Shown here: positions 9,322 through 19,505 of the stretch, piece after piece
Numbering within the stretch: the stretch's first letter is position 1
Layout of the letters: every line of letters begins with the position of its first letter
Assembly: GCA_963715195.1 (NCBI GenBank)
Contig: CAVQRT010000003.1
Location: 32,001 to 96,000 of the forward strand
Reading direction: 5' to 3'
Source: Thermodesulfovibrionales bacterium
GTDB taxonomy: Bacteria; Nitrospirota; Thermodesulfovibrionia; Thermodesulfovibrionales; SM23-35
Length of the DNA stretch: 64,000 nt
Position numbers and translations under genes: made by a program
Notes under the pieces: model-generated
What the model was told of the DNA's origin: nothing
What the model saw: the letters and a program-made list of their open reading frames with translations, nothing else
Databases searched by the model: none

Positions 9322-10683
9322 TCACTGACCGGTTGCCTCTTTAATGCTCTTCGCAACAACCTTCATGAGCTGAGTAAGATTCTGTTTGCTGATCGTAAGA
9401 GGCGGCATAATGACAATGATGTTTCCAAGCGGCCTGATGAAGACGCCGTGTTCGCGGGCACGGTGTGCCACTTGCCATCCCATCTTCTCTTCCCAGTTAT
9501 AGGGGCTCTTTGTTTCCCCGTCCTTCACAAGTTCTATCCCCGCCATAAAACCTGCGTTTCTGACATCCCCGACATGAGTCAGTTGCAGTATTTCCTGAAG
9601 ATGCGTTTCAAGGAGCGCGATGTTGTCGCGGAGGGTTTCAATCACATTCTCTCTTTCGAAAAGGTCGAGGCATGCAAGCGCAGCAGCGCAGGCGAGCGGA
9701 TTCCCCGTGTATGAATGGCCGTGGAAAAATGTTTTCAGTTCACTGAACTGCCCGAGGAATGCATCATAGATTTCATCAGTTGCGAGTGTTACCGCCAAAG
9801 GCATATATCCACCGGTTATTCCCTTCGACAAACAGAGAATATCAGGCACGACGTCTTCATGCTCGCAGGCAAACATTTTCCCGGTTCTTCCGAAACCGGT
9901 TGCAACTTCATCAGCAATCATCAGGATATTGTATTTACTGCACAATTCTCTCACACCTCTCAGATATCCTGGAGGTGAAGCAATCATTCCTCCTGCAGCC
10001 TGAATGAGCGGTTCAAGAATCAGCCCCGCGATTTCCTCCGAATGGTCATGGAGGATTGTGTCCATCTCCTGAAGACATGCTAAATTGCAGCCGGGAAACG
10101 CCTTGCCGAGTTCACACCGGTAGCAGTAGGGAGAGGGTGCCTTATACGCATGAAACAGCAATGGTTCGAATGTTTTATGGAATATGTCAACGCCTCCGAC
10201 ACTTACCGCTCCGATCGTATCTCCGTGATAGGCATTTTTGAGGGACAGGAAGCTATTCCTGCCGTCAATGCCTTTATGCTTCCAGTATTGAAAGGCCATT
10301 TTTAGGGCAACTTCGACCGCGGTCGAACCGTTATCGGAATAGAAGACCTTATGAAGAGAAGTAGGCGCTAAATGCACTAGCTTTTCCGCAAGGTTAATTG
10401 CAGGGACATTACTGAGCCCCAGCAATGTGCTGTGTGCTATCCTGTCAAGCTGTTTCCTGATTGCATCATCGATCTCCTTTTTTCGATGCCCGAAGAGGTT
10501 AACCCACAGTGAAGAAACCCCGTCGAGATACCACCGGCCATATGAGTCTTTTATGAAGCAATCCCTGCCCTCAGTAATGACAAGAGGAGGTTCCTCCAGC
10601 CACTCCTTCATCTGGGTAAAGGGATGCCAAATGTATTGCCTGTCAAGCTCTTCGAGCTTTCTGTTGTCTTCAGATATACCCAT
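9322..10683 (-). CDS. bioA: Adenosylmethionine-8-amino-7-oxononanoate aminotransferase
   Basis: IWHPFTQM, DNGSTAVEVALKMA, DEVATGFGRTG, SKGITGGY, HGHSYTGNPLAC. Confidence 0.96.
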   Translation of the reverse strand: MGISEDNRKLEELDRQYIWHPFTQMKEWLEEPPLVITEGRDCFIKDSYGRWYLDGVSSLWVNLFGHRKKEIDDAIRKQLDRIAHSTLLGLSNVPAINLAEKLVHLAPTSLHKVFYSDNGSTAVEVALKMAFQYWKHKGIDGRNSFLSLKNAYHGDTIGAVSVGGVDIFHKTFEPLLFHAYKAPSPYCYRCELGKAFPGCNLACLQEMDTILHDHSEEIAGLILEPLIQAAGGMIASPPGYLRGVRELCSKYNILMIADEVATGFGRTGKMFACEHEDVVPDILCLSKGITGGYMPLAVTLATDEIYDAFLGQFSELKTFFHGHSYTGNPLACAAALACLDLFERENVIETLRDNIALLETHLQEILQLTHVGDVRNAGFMAGIELVKDGETKSPYNWEEKMGWQVAHRAREHGVFIRPLGNIIVIMPPLTISKQNLTQLMKVVAKSIKEATGQ

Positions 10684-10701
10684 GCCAAACGATAAGAAAA
10701 T

Positions 10702-11574
10702 TTAAAGCCATATCGTTATAATTCTGTCAATACCCGCATAATCCTTTCTCAAAGTAGTATGCCCATATCCCGCTGCCTTTGCAATTTCCTGCACCGCATC
10801 TGTCTGACCCATACCCATTTCAAACATGACAAGGCCTTTACTGCGCAGATACTTTTTCGCTTCAGGAATTATTATCTTGAAGTAATCGAGCCCGTCTTCT
10901 CCCCCGTTGAGGGCATCAACAGGCTCCCAGTCCTTCACTTCGGGTTGCAAGTACTTTATCTCAGCAGTCCTGACATAGGGAGGATTCGATATGATCAGTT
11001 CGAATGCCGGACACGAGAGGTGAGATGCGAGTTTTTCCGCAAGAGGCTCAAAGAAGGAACCTTTCAAAAATGTGACGTTTTGAATGCCGTTGGCCCTTGC
11101 ATTTTCTTCGGCATAGTGAATTGCGGTTTCTGATGTATCGGTACCGTAAACTGCAGAACCCGGAAATGCTTTCGCAAGAGCAAGCGCAATGCATCCGGTG
11201 CCGGTGCAGAGATCAAGAAATCTGAGTTGTGAGTCGTGAGCTTCGAGTTTCGCAATCGACCCAACAGCTTCTTCAACCAATAATTCCGTCTCAGGCCGTG
11301 GGATGAGAACACCCGGCCCTACCCTTATTACAAGACCATGGAATTCTGTGTACCCGAGAACATACTGGAGTGGCTCCCTTTGGGCTCTCCTCTGAAGGTA
11401 CGTTTCGATGTGCTGCATCACTTTCTCCCCGATCTCGGGATTGTCCCGGAATAGGTTCATGCGATTCATCCCGAGACAATGAGCAATGATCTCCTCAGCT
11501 TCATTCTGCGGATTACCGATGTCGGCGTGCAGCAGCAACTCACGGGCATCCCGAAGTTTAACGAGGGCTCTCAT
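10702..11574 (-). CDS. prmC: Release factor glutamine methyltransferase
   Basis: EPLQYVLG, VLIPRPETELLVE, DLCTGTGCIA, SNPPY. Confidence 0.95.
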   Translation of the reverse strand: MRALVKLRDARELLLHADIGNPQNEAEEIIAHCLGMNRMNLFRDNPEIGEKVMQHIETYLQRRAQREPLQYVLGYTEFHGLVIRVGPGVLIPRPETELLVEEAVGSIAKLEAHDSQLRFLDLCTGTGCIALALAKAFPGSAVYGTDTSETAIHYAEENARANGIQNVTFLKGSFFEPLAEKLASHLSCPAFELIISNPPYVRTAEIKYLQPEVKDWEPVDALNGGEDGLDYFKIIIPEAKKYLRSKGLVMFEMGMGQTDAVQEIAKAAGYGHTTLRKDYAGIDRIITIWL

Positions 11575-11633
11575 GCATATCACGCCGGGCGGAACTTGTC
11601 ATGGTTCATTTCGCTCGATCCATACTTCACCGC

Positions 11634-12512
11634 TCACTGAGCCGTTACAATCAGCACAAAACCTGCGAGCATTATTATAGCCCCCGCAAGTCTCTCTTTG
11701 ATATGCTTTTCTCTGAAGAGAAAATACCCGTACAGTACGCCTATGAGGACACTTATTCTCTTAAGGGAAATCATATACGCGACATTTGTGAGGCTGATAG
11801 CTGTCATATGGGAAACTACCATGATTCCGTAGAACATCCCTGGTACAAAGAGTTCCCGGTAGTATTTATTCGTGACAAATTGTCTTATATCATGCCTTCC
11901 TTTCCATAAGGCAACCGGTGCAAGAAAGAGGGTCAAAAATATAACATATATTGCACCAAAAAAGAGCGGAGACGAATGTATGATTGCCATTTTTCCGAGA
12001 GACGAAGTAACGCTGTAAATCAGAGCGACGCCTATCATGAGGACAGAACCTTTCTCCTTTGCGATAGCTTTGATGGGATTAAGGATCCCCTTCTGAAACT
12101 CATGGAAATGGAGAACATAACTTCCACCTGCGAGGAGAAAAATTCCAGTTACACCTTGTAAAGAGATTTTTTCTCCGAGTATTGCATATGAGACAACAAT
12201 AACGAAAACAGGGGTGAGAGACAGAAACGGAAGTGTCAGACTGAGCGGAGAGAGTCTCAATGCCTTTATATAGAGAATTACTGAGATTATTTCGAGAGGT
12301 AAGGCGATGATAAAGGCTATGAAAAATTCAAGGTCAAGATGTGGCCGTGGGAGCACTATAAGAAAAGCAACGAGAACAGGGATCGAAAAAAGAAGTCTGA
12401 ACCATGCAACAAGATATTCGTTATGTACCTCGAGAGTTCTCTTCGTAAGTGCATCACTCGTAGCAAGTGTGAATGCAGAAACAAGCGACAAAAGTATCCA
12501 TAAAGGTGCCAT
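11634..12512 (-). CDS. EamA/DMT family transporter
   Basis: About 10 hydrophobic segments in two EamA-like halves. Confidence 0.85.
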   Translation of the reverse strand: MAPLWILLSLVSAFTLATSDALTKRTLEVHNEYLVAWFRLLFSIPVLVAFLIVLPRPHLDLEFFIAFIIALPLEIISVILYIKALRLSPLSLTLPFLSLTPVFVIVVSYAILGEKISLQGVTGIFLLAGGSYVLHFHEFQKGILNPIKAIAKEKGSVLMIGVALIYSVTSSLGKMAIIHSSPLFFGAIYVIFLTLFLAPVALWKGRHDIRQFVTNKYYRELFVPGMFYGIMVVSHMTAISLTNVAYMISLKRISVLIGVLYGYFLFREKHIKERLAGAIIMLAGFVLIVTAQ

Positions 12513-12569
12513 GCATAATAATAGTACTGCAAAACGCTAACTTTATGAAATATTTATATTTTTTATCAA

Positions 12570-12598
12570 TTGACTAATTCTTCAAGATGTGGTATACA
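12570..12598 (+). promoter_or_regulatory. sigma70 promoter of the fdh operon
   Basis: TTGACT-N17-TATACA with TG extended -10. Confidence 0.45.
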
Positions 12599-12719
12599 TG
12601 AGACAAATTAATCACTGTAAGAAACTGGATTCATACGTAGCCTGTAAGTAATAAGGATGCATTTAACATAGTGTTATGGCAAAGTCATTGTATTAATAAT
12701 CAAAGAAAGGAGGGTATTC

Positions 12720-15700
12720 ATGAGTATTGTAACACGCAGAGACTTTTTGAAAATCTCTGGGGTGGCTGCAGCAGGACTGACCCTGAGTCAACTCGGATTT
12801 GACCTCACGGCTGCGGAAGCTCCATGCCGCTGAACTTCGAACAGTCTCTTCGCATCAAAGGAGCAAAGGAAACTCCTTCCATATGCTGCTATTGTTCAGT
12901 CGGATGTGGAATTTTGGTATCAACAGATGCAAAGGGAACGGTTATAAATGCAGAAGGTGACCCCGATCATCCAATCAGCGAGGGTGCTTTATGCGCAAAA
13001 GGCGCCTGCAGCCTACCAGATTGCGGTCAATGATAACCGTCTGAAGAAAGTGCGCTACCGGGCTCCGAACAGTGATAAGTGGAAAGAGGTGAGCTGGGAG
13101 TGGGCACTGGACAAAATCGCAGCAAATATCAAGAAGAGCAGGGACAAAAGCTTTGTCGAGAAGAACAAAGACGGCAAAGTTGTAAACAGAACCGATGGGA
13201 TAGCATCAGTCGGAAGTGCAGCGCTGGACAACGAGGAATGCTGGCTGTATCAGACGTTCCTCAGATCGCTCGGCCTCGTATATATTGAGCATCAGGCCCG
13301 CATATGACACAGCGCCACGGTAGCGGCTCTGGGAGAGTCGTTCGGACGCGGCGCAATGACAAACCATTACATTGATTTCAGGAATTCTGATGTCATCCTC
13401 AACATGGGCGGTAATGTGGCGGAAAATCACCCGGTTTCCTTCAAATGGGTTCAGGCTGCACGCGAGAAAGGTTCAACATTCATCCATGTAGATCCCCGTT
13501 TTACCAGGACTTCTTCGAAAGCTGATATCTATGCCCGGCTCCGCTCAGGAACGGATATCGCATTTCTCGGCGGCATGATAAAGTATATCCTCGACAATAA
13601 TCTTTATGATGATTTTTATGTCAAAAACTATACGAATGCACCATTCATGTTAACCGATAAGTATAGTTCTTCTGACGGTTTGTTTGCTGGGTATGACCCT
13701 ACGAAACGGTCGTATGATAAATCGTTCTGGGCCTTCGAGAAGGATGAAAAAGGAATCCCCAGAAAAGACATGTCTCTCAATGATGAGAGGTGCGTATTCC
13801 AGCACCTCAAGAAACATTACTCCCGGTACACCATGGAAAAGGTTGTCACCATAACGGGAACCCCGCAAGAAGATCTGGAGACGGTATATAAAACATATGC
13901 TGCAACAGGCGTCCCTGAGAAATCAGCGACTATTCTTTACGCAATGGGATGGACGCAGCATACTGTCGGAACTCAGAATATCCGTGCCATGGCTATGATC
14001 CAGCTCCTCCTCGGGAATATGGGGATAGCCGGAGGTGGAGTGAATGCCCTCCGCGGCGAATCGAATGTTCAGGGTTCAACGGACCATGCGCTCCTGTTCC
14101 ATATTATTCCCGCTTACATGCCTACTCCGAGAGCTAAATGGCAGACCCTCGCAGACTATAATGCAACGACACCCAAGACCAGCGACCCAAGAAGCGCAAA
14201 CTGGTGGCAGAACAGACCCAAGTATATAGCTAGCCTTTTGAAATCCATGTTTGGCGACAAGGCTTCAAAAGACAATGATTTCGGTTATTCCTGGCTGCCG
14301 AAGCTTGAGGATACGCAGAACGCATCCTGGTTAGTGTTATTCGATGAAATGTATAAAGGGAAGTTCACCGGTTTGTTTGCCTGGGGGATGAACCCTGCCT
14401 GTTCAAGCGCAAACGCAGGTAAAGCGAGAGAAGCTCTCACAAAACTCGACTGGATGGTGAATGTGAATCTTTTTGACAATGAGACAGGCTCATTCTGGAA
14501 GGGACCGGGAATGGATCCGAAGAAGGTCAAGACCGAGGTCTTCCAGTTCCCCTGTGCTGCATTTATGGAAAAGGAAGGGAGCATATCACAATAGCGGCCG
14601 TTGGAGTCAATGGCGATGGAAAGCGGCAAATCCACCCGGGACAGGCGATGCCGGACAGTGAGATCATGTATGCACTCATGAAGAAAGTGAAGGCACTGTA
14701 TGAAAAAGACAAAGGGGCTTTTCCTGATCCTATTCTGAACCTGAAATGGGACTACGAAACAAGCCGAAAGTTTGATATCCACAAAGTTGCGAAAGAGATT
14801 AATGGATACGATCTTGCGACTGGTAAACTGGTAGCTAACTTTACCAAATTGAAAGATGACGGAACAACTTCTTGCGGGAATTGGCTCTTCTCAGGTAGTT
14901 ACACAGAAGACGGGAACATGGCAGCCCGCAGGAAGAAAGACGATCCCACTGGCCTGGGTCTTTTCCCGCAATGGGCATGGTGCTGGCCGGTCAACAGGCG
15001 TATTATTTACAATCGTGCCTCAGTTGATCTGGAAGGAAAACCGCGTAATCCGGCAAAGGCCATTGTAAAGTGGGATCTTGAAGCTAAAAAATGGATAGGT
15101 GATGTTCCTGACGGCGGATGGCCTCCGATGGGCACAGATGGATACTACCCGTTTATCATGAAACCGGACGGGGTTTCTTCAATCTTCGGTTCGGGTCTGG
15201 CAGACGGTCCGTTCCCTGAGCATTATGAGCCGCTGGAGTGTCCGATTGAAAAGAATATTATGTCCAGCCAGAGGATAAATCCTGTCATAAAGATATTTGA
15301 GGGCGGACCGGATACTTTCGCAACATGTAATCCGAAGTACCCCTTCGTATGCACTACATACAGGGTAACAGAACACTGGCAGACGGGAGTTCTCACACGC
15401 TGGTTACCCTGGCTAATCGAAGTTGAACCCCAGATATTCTGTGAGATAAGCCAGGAGCTTGCTAAATTGAGAGGGATCGAAAACGGTGACAAGGTGCTCG
15501 TGGAAACCTCTCGCGGCAAGGTGGAAGCAACCGCGATGGTTACCTTACGATTCAAACCTTTCGTGATCGCAGGCCAGACGGTCCATCAAATTGGGCTTGC
15601 CGTGGCACTTTGGCTGGCTCCATCCGAAGGACGGCGGTGACAGTGCAAACTTGCTCACCCCGACAGTCGGTGATCCAAACACAATGATACCCGAGTCAAA

Positions 15701-15755
15701 GGCATTCATGGCAAACGTGACAAAAATAACGGCTAAAAAAGCCGCGAAAGCCTAA
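12720..15755 (+). CDS. fdnG: Selenocysteine formate dehydrogenase alpha subunit (FdnG/FdhA type, Tat-exported); frameshifted in this assembly
   Basis: AGGAGG RBS; MSIVTRRDFLK twin-Arg signal; CCYCSVGCG [4Fe-4S] motif; HQARI-UGA-HSATV; RGESNVQG; RVTEHWQTG. Split across track ORFs 12824, 12948, 13356, 14473 and 14648; removing 6 bases restores ~1009 aa. Confidence 0.93.
13305..13341 (+). promoter_or_regulatory. Sec UGA codon and bacterial SECIS of fdnG
   Basis: TGA 13305-13307 at the catalytic position; hairpin GCGGCTCT-GGG-AGAGTCGT at 13323-13341. Confidence 0.85.
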
Positions 15756-15770
15756 GGGAGGTGAGATACT

Positions 15771-16475
15771 ATGGCCGATAAATCATTTTTTGTAGATACG
15801 ACAAAATGTACAGCCTGCAGAGGGTGTCAAGTAGCTTGCAAGCAGTGGAATATGAATCCTGCAACAAAGACCTTGCAAAGAGGAACCCATCAAAATCCGG
15901 AAGATCTCTGCTTTGTCACGTACAAACTGGTCAGATTCAGTGAATTTGAAGAAAACGGGAAGCCGGTATGGTATTTCTTTTCAGACCAGTGCAGGCATTG
16001 CACTACTCCGCCCTGCAAACTAGTTGCCGAGTCGCTCAATGTAAAAGCCATCACCCAGGACGAAGCGACGGGCGCTGTTCTCTATAACCCGAGGATGAAA
16101 GTCAAAGAGAAGGATTTCAAGGAAATACGCGGAGCCTGCCCCTGGGACATTCCCCGATGGGACCCAAAGACCCAGGGTATGGCAAAATGCACCATGTGCA
16201 TCGACCGGATCAAGGAAGGCCTTCTGCCGGCCTGTGTAAAAACCTGCCCGACCGGCGCTCTGAATTTCGGGGATAGGGATAAAATTCTCGCTATGGCAAA
16301 AGAACGTCTCGGGGAAGTCAAAAAGAAATACCCAAAAGCTGAACTCCTGAATCACGATTTCGTACGCACCATCTTCCTTGTGGTTGACGACCCTAAGAAG
16401 TATCATAAATTCGCTGAGGTCAGCGATGAGACGGTCATTGCATCGCTGAGCAGCATTGCGGTACCGGTAGGGTAA
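15771..16475 (+). CDS. fdnH: Formate dehydrogenase iron-sulfur (beta) subunit
   Basis: CTACRGCQVAC, QCRHCTTPPC, CPWDIP, CTMCIDR...PACVKTCPTGAL. Confidence 0.92.
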   Translation: MADKSFFVDTTKCTACRGCQVACKQWNMNPATKTLQRGTHQNPEDLCFVTYKLVRFSEFEENGKPVWYFFSDQCRHCTTPPCKLVAESLNVKAITQDEATGAVLYNPRMKVKEKDFKEIRGACPWDIPRWDPKTQGMAKCTMCIDRIKEGLLPACVKTCPTGALNFGDRDKILAMAKERLGEVKKKYPKAELLNHDFVRTIFLVVDDPKKYHKFAEVSDETVIASLSSIAVPVG

Positions 16476-16494
16476 ATCGAAAATAAACCGTTTT

Positions 16495-16542
16495 AAAAAA
16501 AACGGCTTGTTCCCTGCTTTTTCCGGAGCAAGCCGTTTTTTT
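16495..16542 (+). terminator. Intrinsic terminator/stabilising hairpin between fdnH and fdhE
   Basis: AAAAAAACGGCTTGTTCC...GGAGCAAGCCGTTTTTTT. Confidence 0.75.
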
Positions 16543-16560
16543 GTACCTAAGGAGTATTCT

Positions 16561-17424
16561 ATGAACCAGTCGTTTTCCGGGAAAAAAGAACGTATTGATT
16601 TTCTGATAGCGAAGAAGCCTGAATATGCGGATATCCTCCGTTTTTATGGGGACATATTCGAGCTTCAATCAGGCGCCTCCCCCCGTCTGTACCTGAAACT
16701 ACCCAAACCCGAAAAAACCTTTATTGATATCGGGGAAAAGGAAGGTTTTCCCCTCATCAGCAGGGATGACTTCATGATTGACCTTTCGGCCTCGTCCTCA
16801 CTGTTCGAATCAATATGCAATACTGCGAAACATGCAAATGAAAAGATGCACACCACTATTCAAATCCTTGAGGATGCTTTTGCTGTCAATGCCCTCAGAC
16901 ATGAAGAGCTGCTAAAACGTCATGCGGACGATGCATATCTTAATTCCGTCATACGGGATTTCAACGTCGACAAGTCTATCCTGAAATTTCTGATCCATGT
17001 GAGTATTTATCCCTCGCTTCGCGCCCATGCTGAAATGCTGAAGGACCAGATAGATATGAAAAAATGGCTTAGAGGATATTGCCCGATATGCGGTTCACCT
17101 CCTCTCATATCGCAATTCAAATCTGAAGGACATCGTTTCTATCTCTGTTCATTCTGCGGATTTGAATGGCCGGGTGAACGCTTGAAATGCCCCTTCTGCG
17201 AGAACTCCGACCACACGAAACTCCACTATTTTTACGCCGAGGGGGATGAAGCACACAGGGTAGACCTTTGCGATAACTGCAATCAATACATTAAGACTGT
17301 TGACAGCCGCACATTAAATTATGAACCAGACCTTGATCTGGAGGATATCGTTACTATCCACCTCGACATCCTCGCATCAGAAAAGGGCTATAAGCGGCCG
17401 GTTGCTTCCCCCTGGGGGCTTTGA
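16561..17424 (+). CDS. fdhE: Formate dehydrogenase accessory protein
   Basis: AAGGAG RBS; CPICGS, CSFCGFEW, CPFCEN, CDNCNQYIK; HLDILA. Confidence 0.92.
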   Translation: MNQSFSGKKERIDFLIAKKPEYADILRFYGDIFELQSGASPRLYLKLPKPEKTFIDIGEKEGFPLISRDDFMIDLSASSSLFESICNTAKHANEKMHTTIQILEDAFAVNALRHEELLKRHADDAYLNSVIRDFNVDKSILKFLIHVSIYPSLRAHAEMLKDQIDMKKWLRGYCPICGSPPLISQFKSEGHRFYLCSFCGFEWPGERLKCPFCENSDHTKLHYFYAEGDEAHRVDLCDNCNQYIKTVDSRTLNYEPDLDLEDIVTIHLDILASEKGYKRPVASPWGL

Positions 17425-17450
17425 ACCCAGGTTAGAGTCTCTTTTTCCCA

Positions 17451-19049
17451 TTAATCGTTGATAAAGCAGAAGGGATCTTTTTCTTCAAAAATATTCCGGC
17501 CGAGGCTGTGTGCGACTGCAAGACACCCTCCGCAGACCGGATGGAGCTTACAGGCATGGCACGCTGTGCATCCGGCACGATATCGTTGTGCCTGAGGGGA
17601 GTCATAAATATCAGCAATACTCTGATGAAAGATGTTCCCGAGAGGTGACGGGAATTTCCTGCATGCATGTACCTCACCATCTGAAAGCACTGCGAGGAAA
17701 TTAAAGGCGGCTCCGCAGCCGAATGTGGTGCATCCCCCAAATGCTTCGAAGCCCTGCTTATACCAGCGAATACTCAACATGTTGTCTTTCAGGCCAAGAA
17801 CGGGATACTTCTGAATTGCCTTTTCATAATCATCCAGAAACCTGAGATATTCTTCCTTGTCAGGCAGAGAAAGATGTGCACCTTCTCCGACCATCGAAAG
17901 CCTGTTGAAGTGGAACCGGTCCGCGCGTTTATTGAGGATCTCTGCAAGAGGAAGGATATCGTTCATATTGGTTTTTGTGAGGGTCAGCATTACCATCGAA
18001 AATATATTCAGATCCCTGAGCAGATCGAGGAATTCTATGGTACGCCTGAAATGGCCCTTCCCCCGCATAAAGTCATCCAGTTCCTGCAGTCCTTCAAGGC
18101 TCACCTGAAAATGTGTCGGTTTCTGAATGGAAAGCAGTTCTTCAATTTTACCTCTTTCGGTGGGGTTCCCGAGGATGCCGATGCTGAATCCCCTCTCCGA
18201 AGCTGCTCGGTATAATTCAGGAAAATGAGGATACAGAAAGGGATTGCCGCCGGTAAAGCTTACCGCTTTCACGACATGTCTGTCCCGGCAAAACCTGCGG
18301 ACATCGTCAAGGATTCGTATGCCCTGTTCCAGACTCATCGGCGAACGCGCGCTCCGGTCATAACAATGCCGGCAGTGAAGGTCGCATGCCTGGGTAATGT
18401 GCCACTGCAGAGTAAAGCTGTGCGATGAGAGAAAGCTTTCGTCAATGTAGTCATTGGCAGAGAATACTGATGGATCACGGACGATTTGCGAAGGCGGGGA
18501 GAGGAGGATGCCTTCTTGGACAGCCTCATCAATAATACTATCAATCAGTCCAACCGGTGTATGTCCTTCTGCTGCTGCCATTTCATGATCTATGTTCTCT
18601 TCCGTGATCTTCAGGGCAAGGAGATCACTCTGGGATGCCACCCGGTATCTCACTTTTCTTTCCAGCAGATCTTTCCAGACAAGGACAAGTTCACTACCTG
18701 GCTCCGGCTCAGAATGCACAGTTTTGCTCTCCGGAGTGAGAAGAGAAAGGAGATTTTTCCAGGAGAGGTCCACCAGTCTTAACGTCGGATTCATACAGAC
18801 CTCGGTGGGGTCTTCCGGACCGCTGACATCACTGCCGCGAACGTCATGAATAGTGTATTCGAGGCGGGCGAGATCAGGGAGAAATGTGGGCATTCCCTGT
18901 TCACCCGCCTGAATTAAAATTTGCTTCAGTGATTCAGGTTCATACGGCAATTTTACTTCGCGGATTAACCTGTCCCATCTTTCCGAACCGACAATTGAAC
19001 GGCACGTTGTATAGATATCGGCATGCGCTACTTCCTGAAATGTTTTCAT
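17451..19049 (-). CDS. sbtM: Radical SAM/SPASM peptide maturase, SbtM (selenobiotic/thio(seleno)oxazole) type
   Basis: LQWHITQACDLHCRHCY (CxxxCxxC); SPASM GCGAA..ACRK..CHAC..CGGC..DPFC; long N-terminal extension; directly downstream of the Sec peptide. Confidence 0.85.
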   Translation of the reverse strand: MKTFQEVAHADIYTTCRSIVGSERWDRLIREVKLPYEPESLKQILIQAGEQGMPTFLPDLARLEYTIHDVRGSDVSGPEDPTEVCMNPTLRLVDLSWKNLLSLLTPESKTVHSEPEPGSELVLVWKDLLERKVRYRVASQSDLLALKITEENIDHEMAAAEGHTPVGLIDSIIDEAVQEGILLSPPSQIVRDPSVFSANDYIDESFLSSHSFTLQWHITQACDLHCRHCYDRSARSPMSLEQGIRILDDVRRFCRDRHVVKAVSFTGGNPFLYPHFPELYRAASERGFSIGILGNPTERGKIEELLSIQKPTHFQVSLEGLQELDDFMRGKGHFRRTIEFLDLLRDLNIFSMVMLTLTKTNMNDILPLAEILNKRADRFHFNRLSMVGEGAHLSLPDKEEYLRFLDDYEKAIQKYPVLGLKDNMLSIRWYKQGFEAFGGCTTFGCGAAFNFLAVLSDGEVHACRKFPSPLGNIFHQSIADIYDSPQAQRYRAGCTACHACKLHPVCGGCLAVAHSLGRNIFEEKDPFCFIND

Positions 19050-19064
19050 ACAGTTGATGATAGC

Positions 19065-19083
19065 ATAGTGCCAACTGCACTAT
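19065..19083 (-). promoter_or_regulatory. SECIS hairpin of the Sec precursor
   Basis: Perfect 7-bp stem ATAGTGC-AGTTG-GCACTAT starting 11 nt after the UGA, G at loop position 2. Confidence 0.7.
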
Positions 19084-19274
19084 TTTTTCCCTGTTCAACT
19101 GCTCGGAGCAGGGGCTTCCTTGGCCGGTGCAGTTGTTGTCTCAGTTTGTGCCGGGGCTTTGTCCTGGCCCGCCGGAGGCGGTTGCTGCTCAGTCTTACAA
19201 CCAAAACTTACTCCGGTCAGGAGACCGGCAACGCTGAGACCTGCGAGGATCTTTTTGAAATCCTGTTTGTTCAT
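19080..19274 (-). CDS. sbtA: Selenocysteine RiPP precursor (SbtA-like), 64 aa with UGA read-through
   Basis: AAGGAGGTG RBS; MNKQDFKKILAGLSVAGLLTGVSFGCKTEQQPPPAGQDKAPAQTETTTAPAKEAPAPSS-U(TGA 19097-19095)-TGKK-TAG. Confidence 0.82.
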
Positions 19275-19505
19275 TCTTTCACCTCCTTTTTCAGTTATTG
19301 TGTCTATCCATCAAGGATAGAGTGTAATGAGGAGATAGGTTGCGCCAAAACTATATAGAAAAACTATCTTTCCTGTTTTATTTATAGATGAAGAATATCA
19401 ACTAAGGGATTTCCTGTCAAGGATGCGTATGAATTGCAATATATATATTTCCACAGTATTATGAAACGGTAGAGATATAGTGCCGTTTCTAAACCTTGGG
19501 ATAAT

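Noticed and set aside
12600..12715. Moco/Wco riboswitch in the fdh leader
   Set aside because: AT-rich, with no recognisable conserved stems
12720..15755. fdnG as a true pseudogene
   Set aside because: All motifs, the SECIS and partner genes are intact; the breaks share one single-base signature, suggesting an artefact
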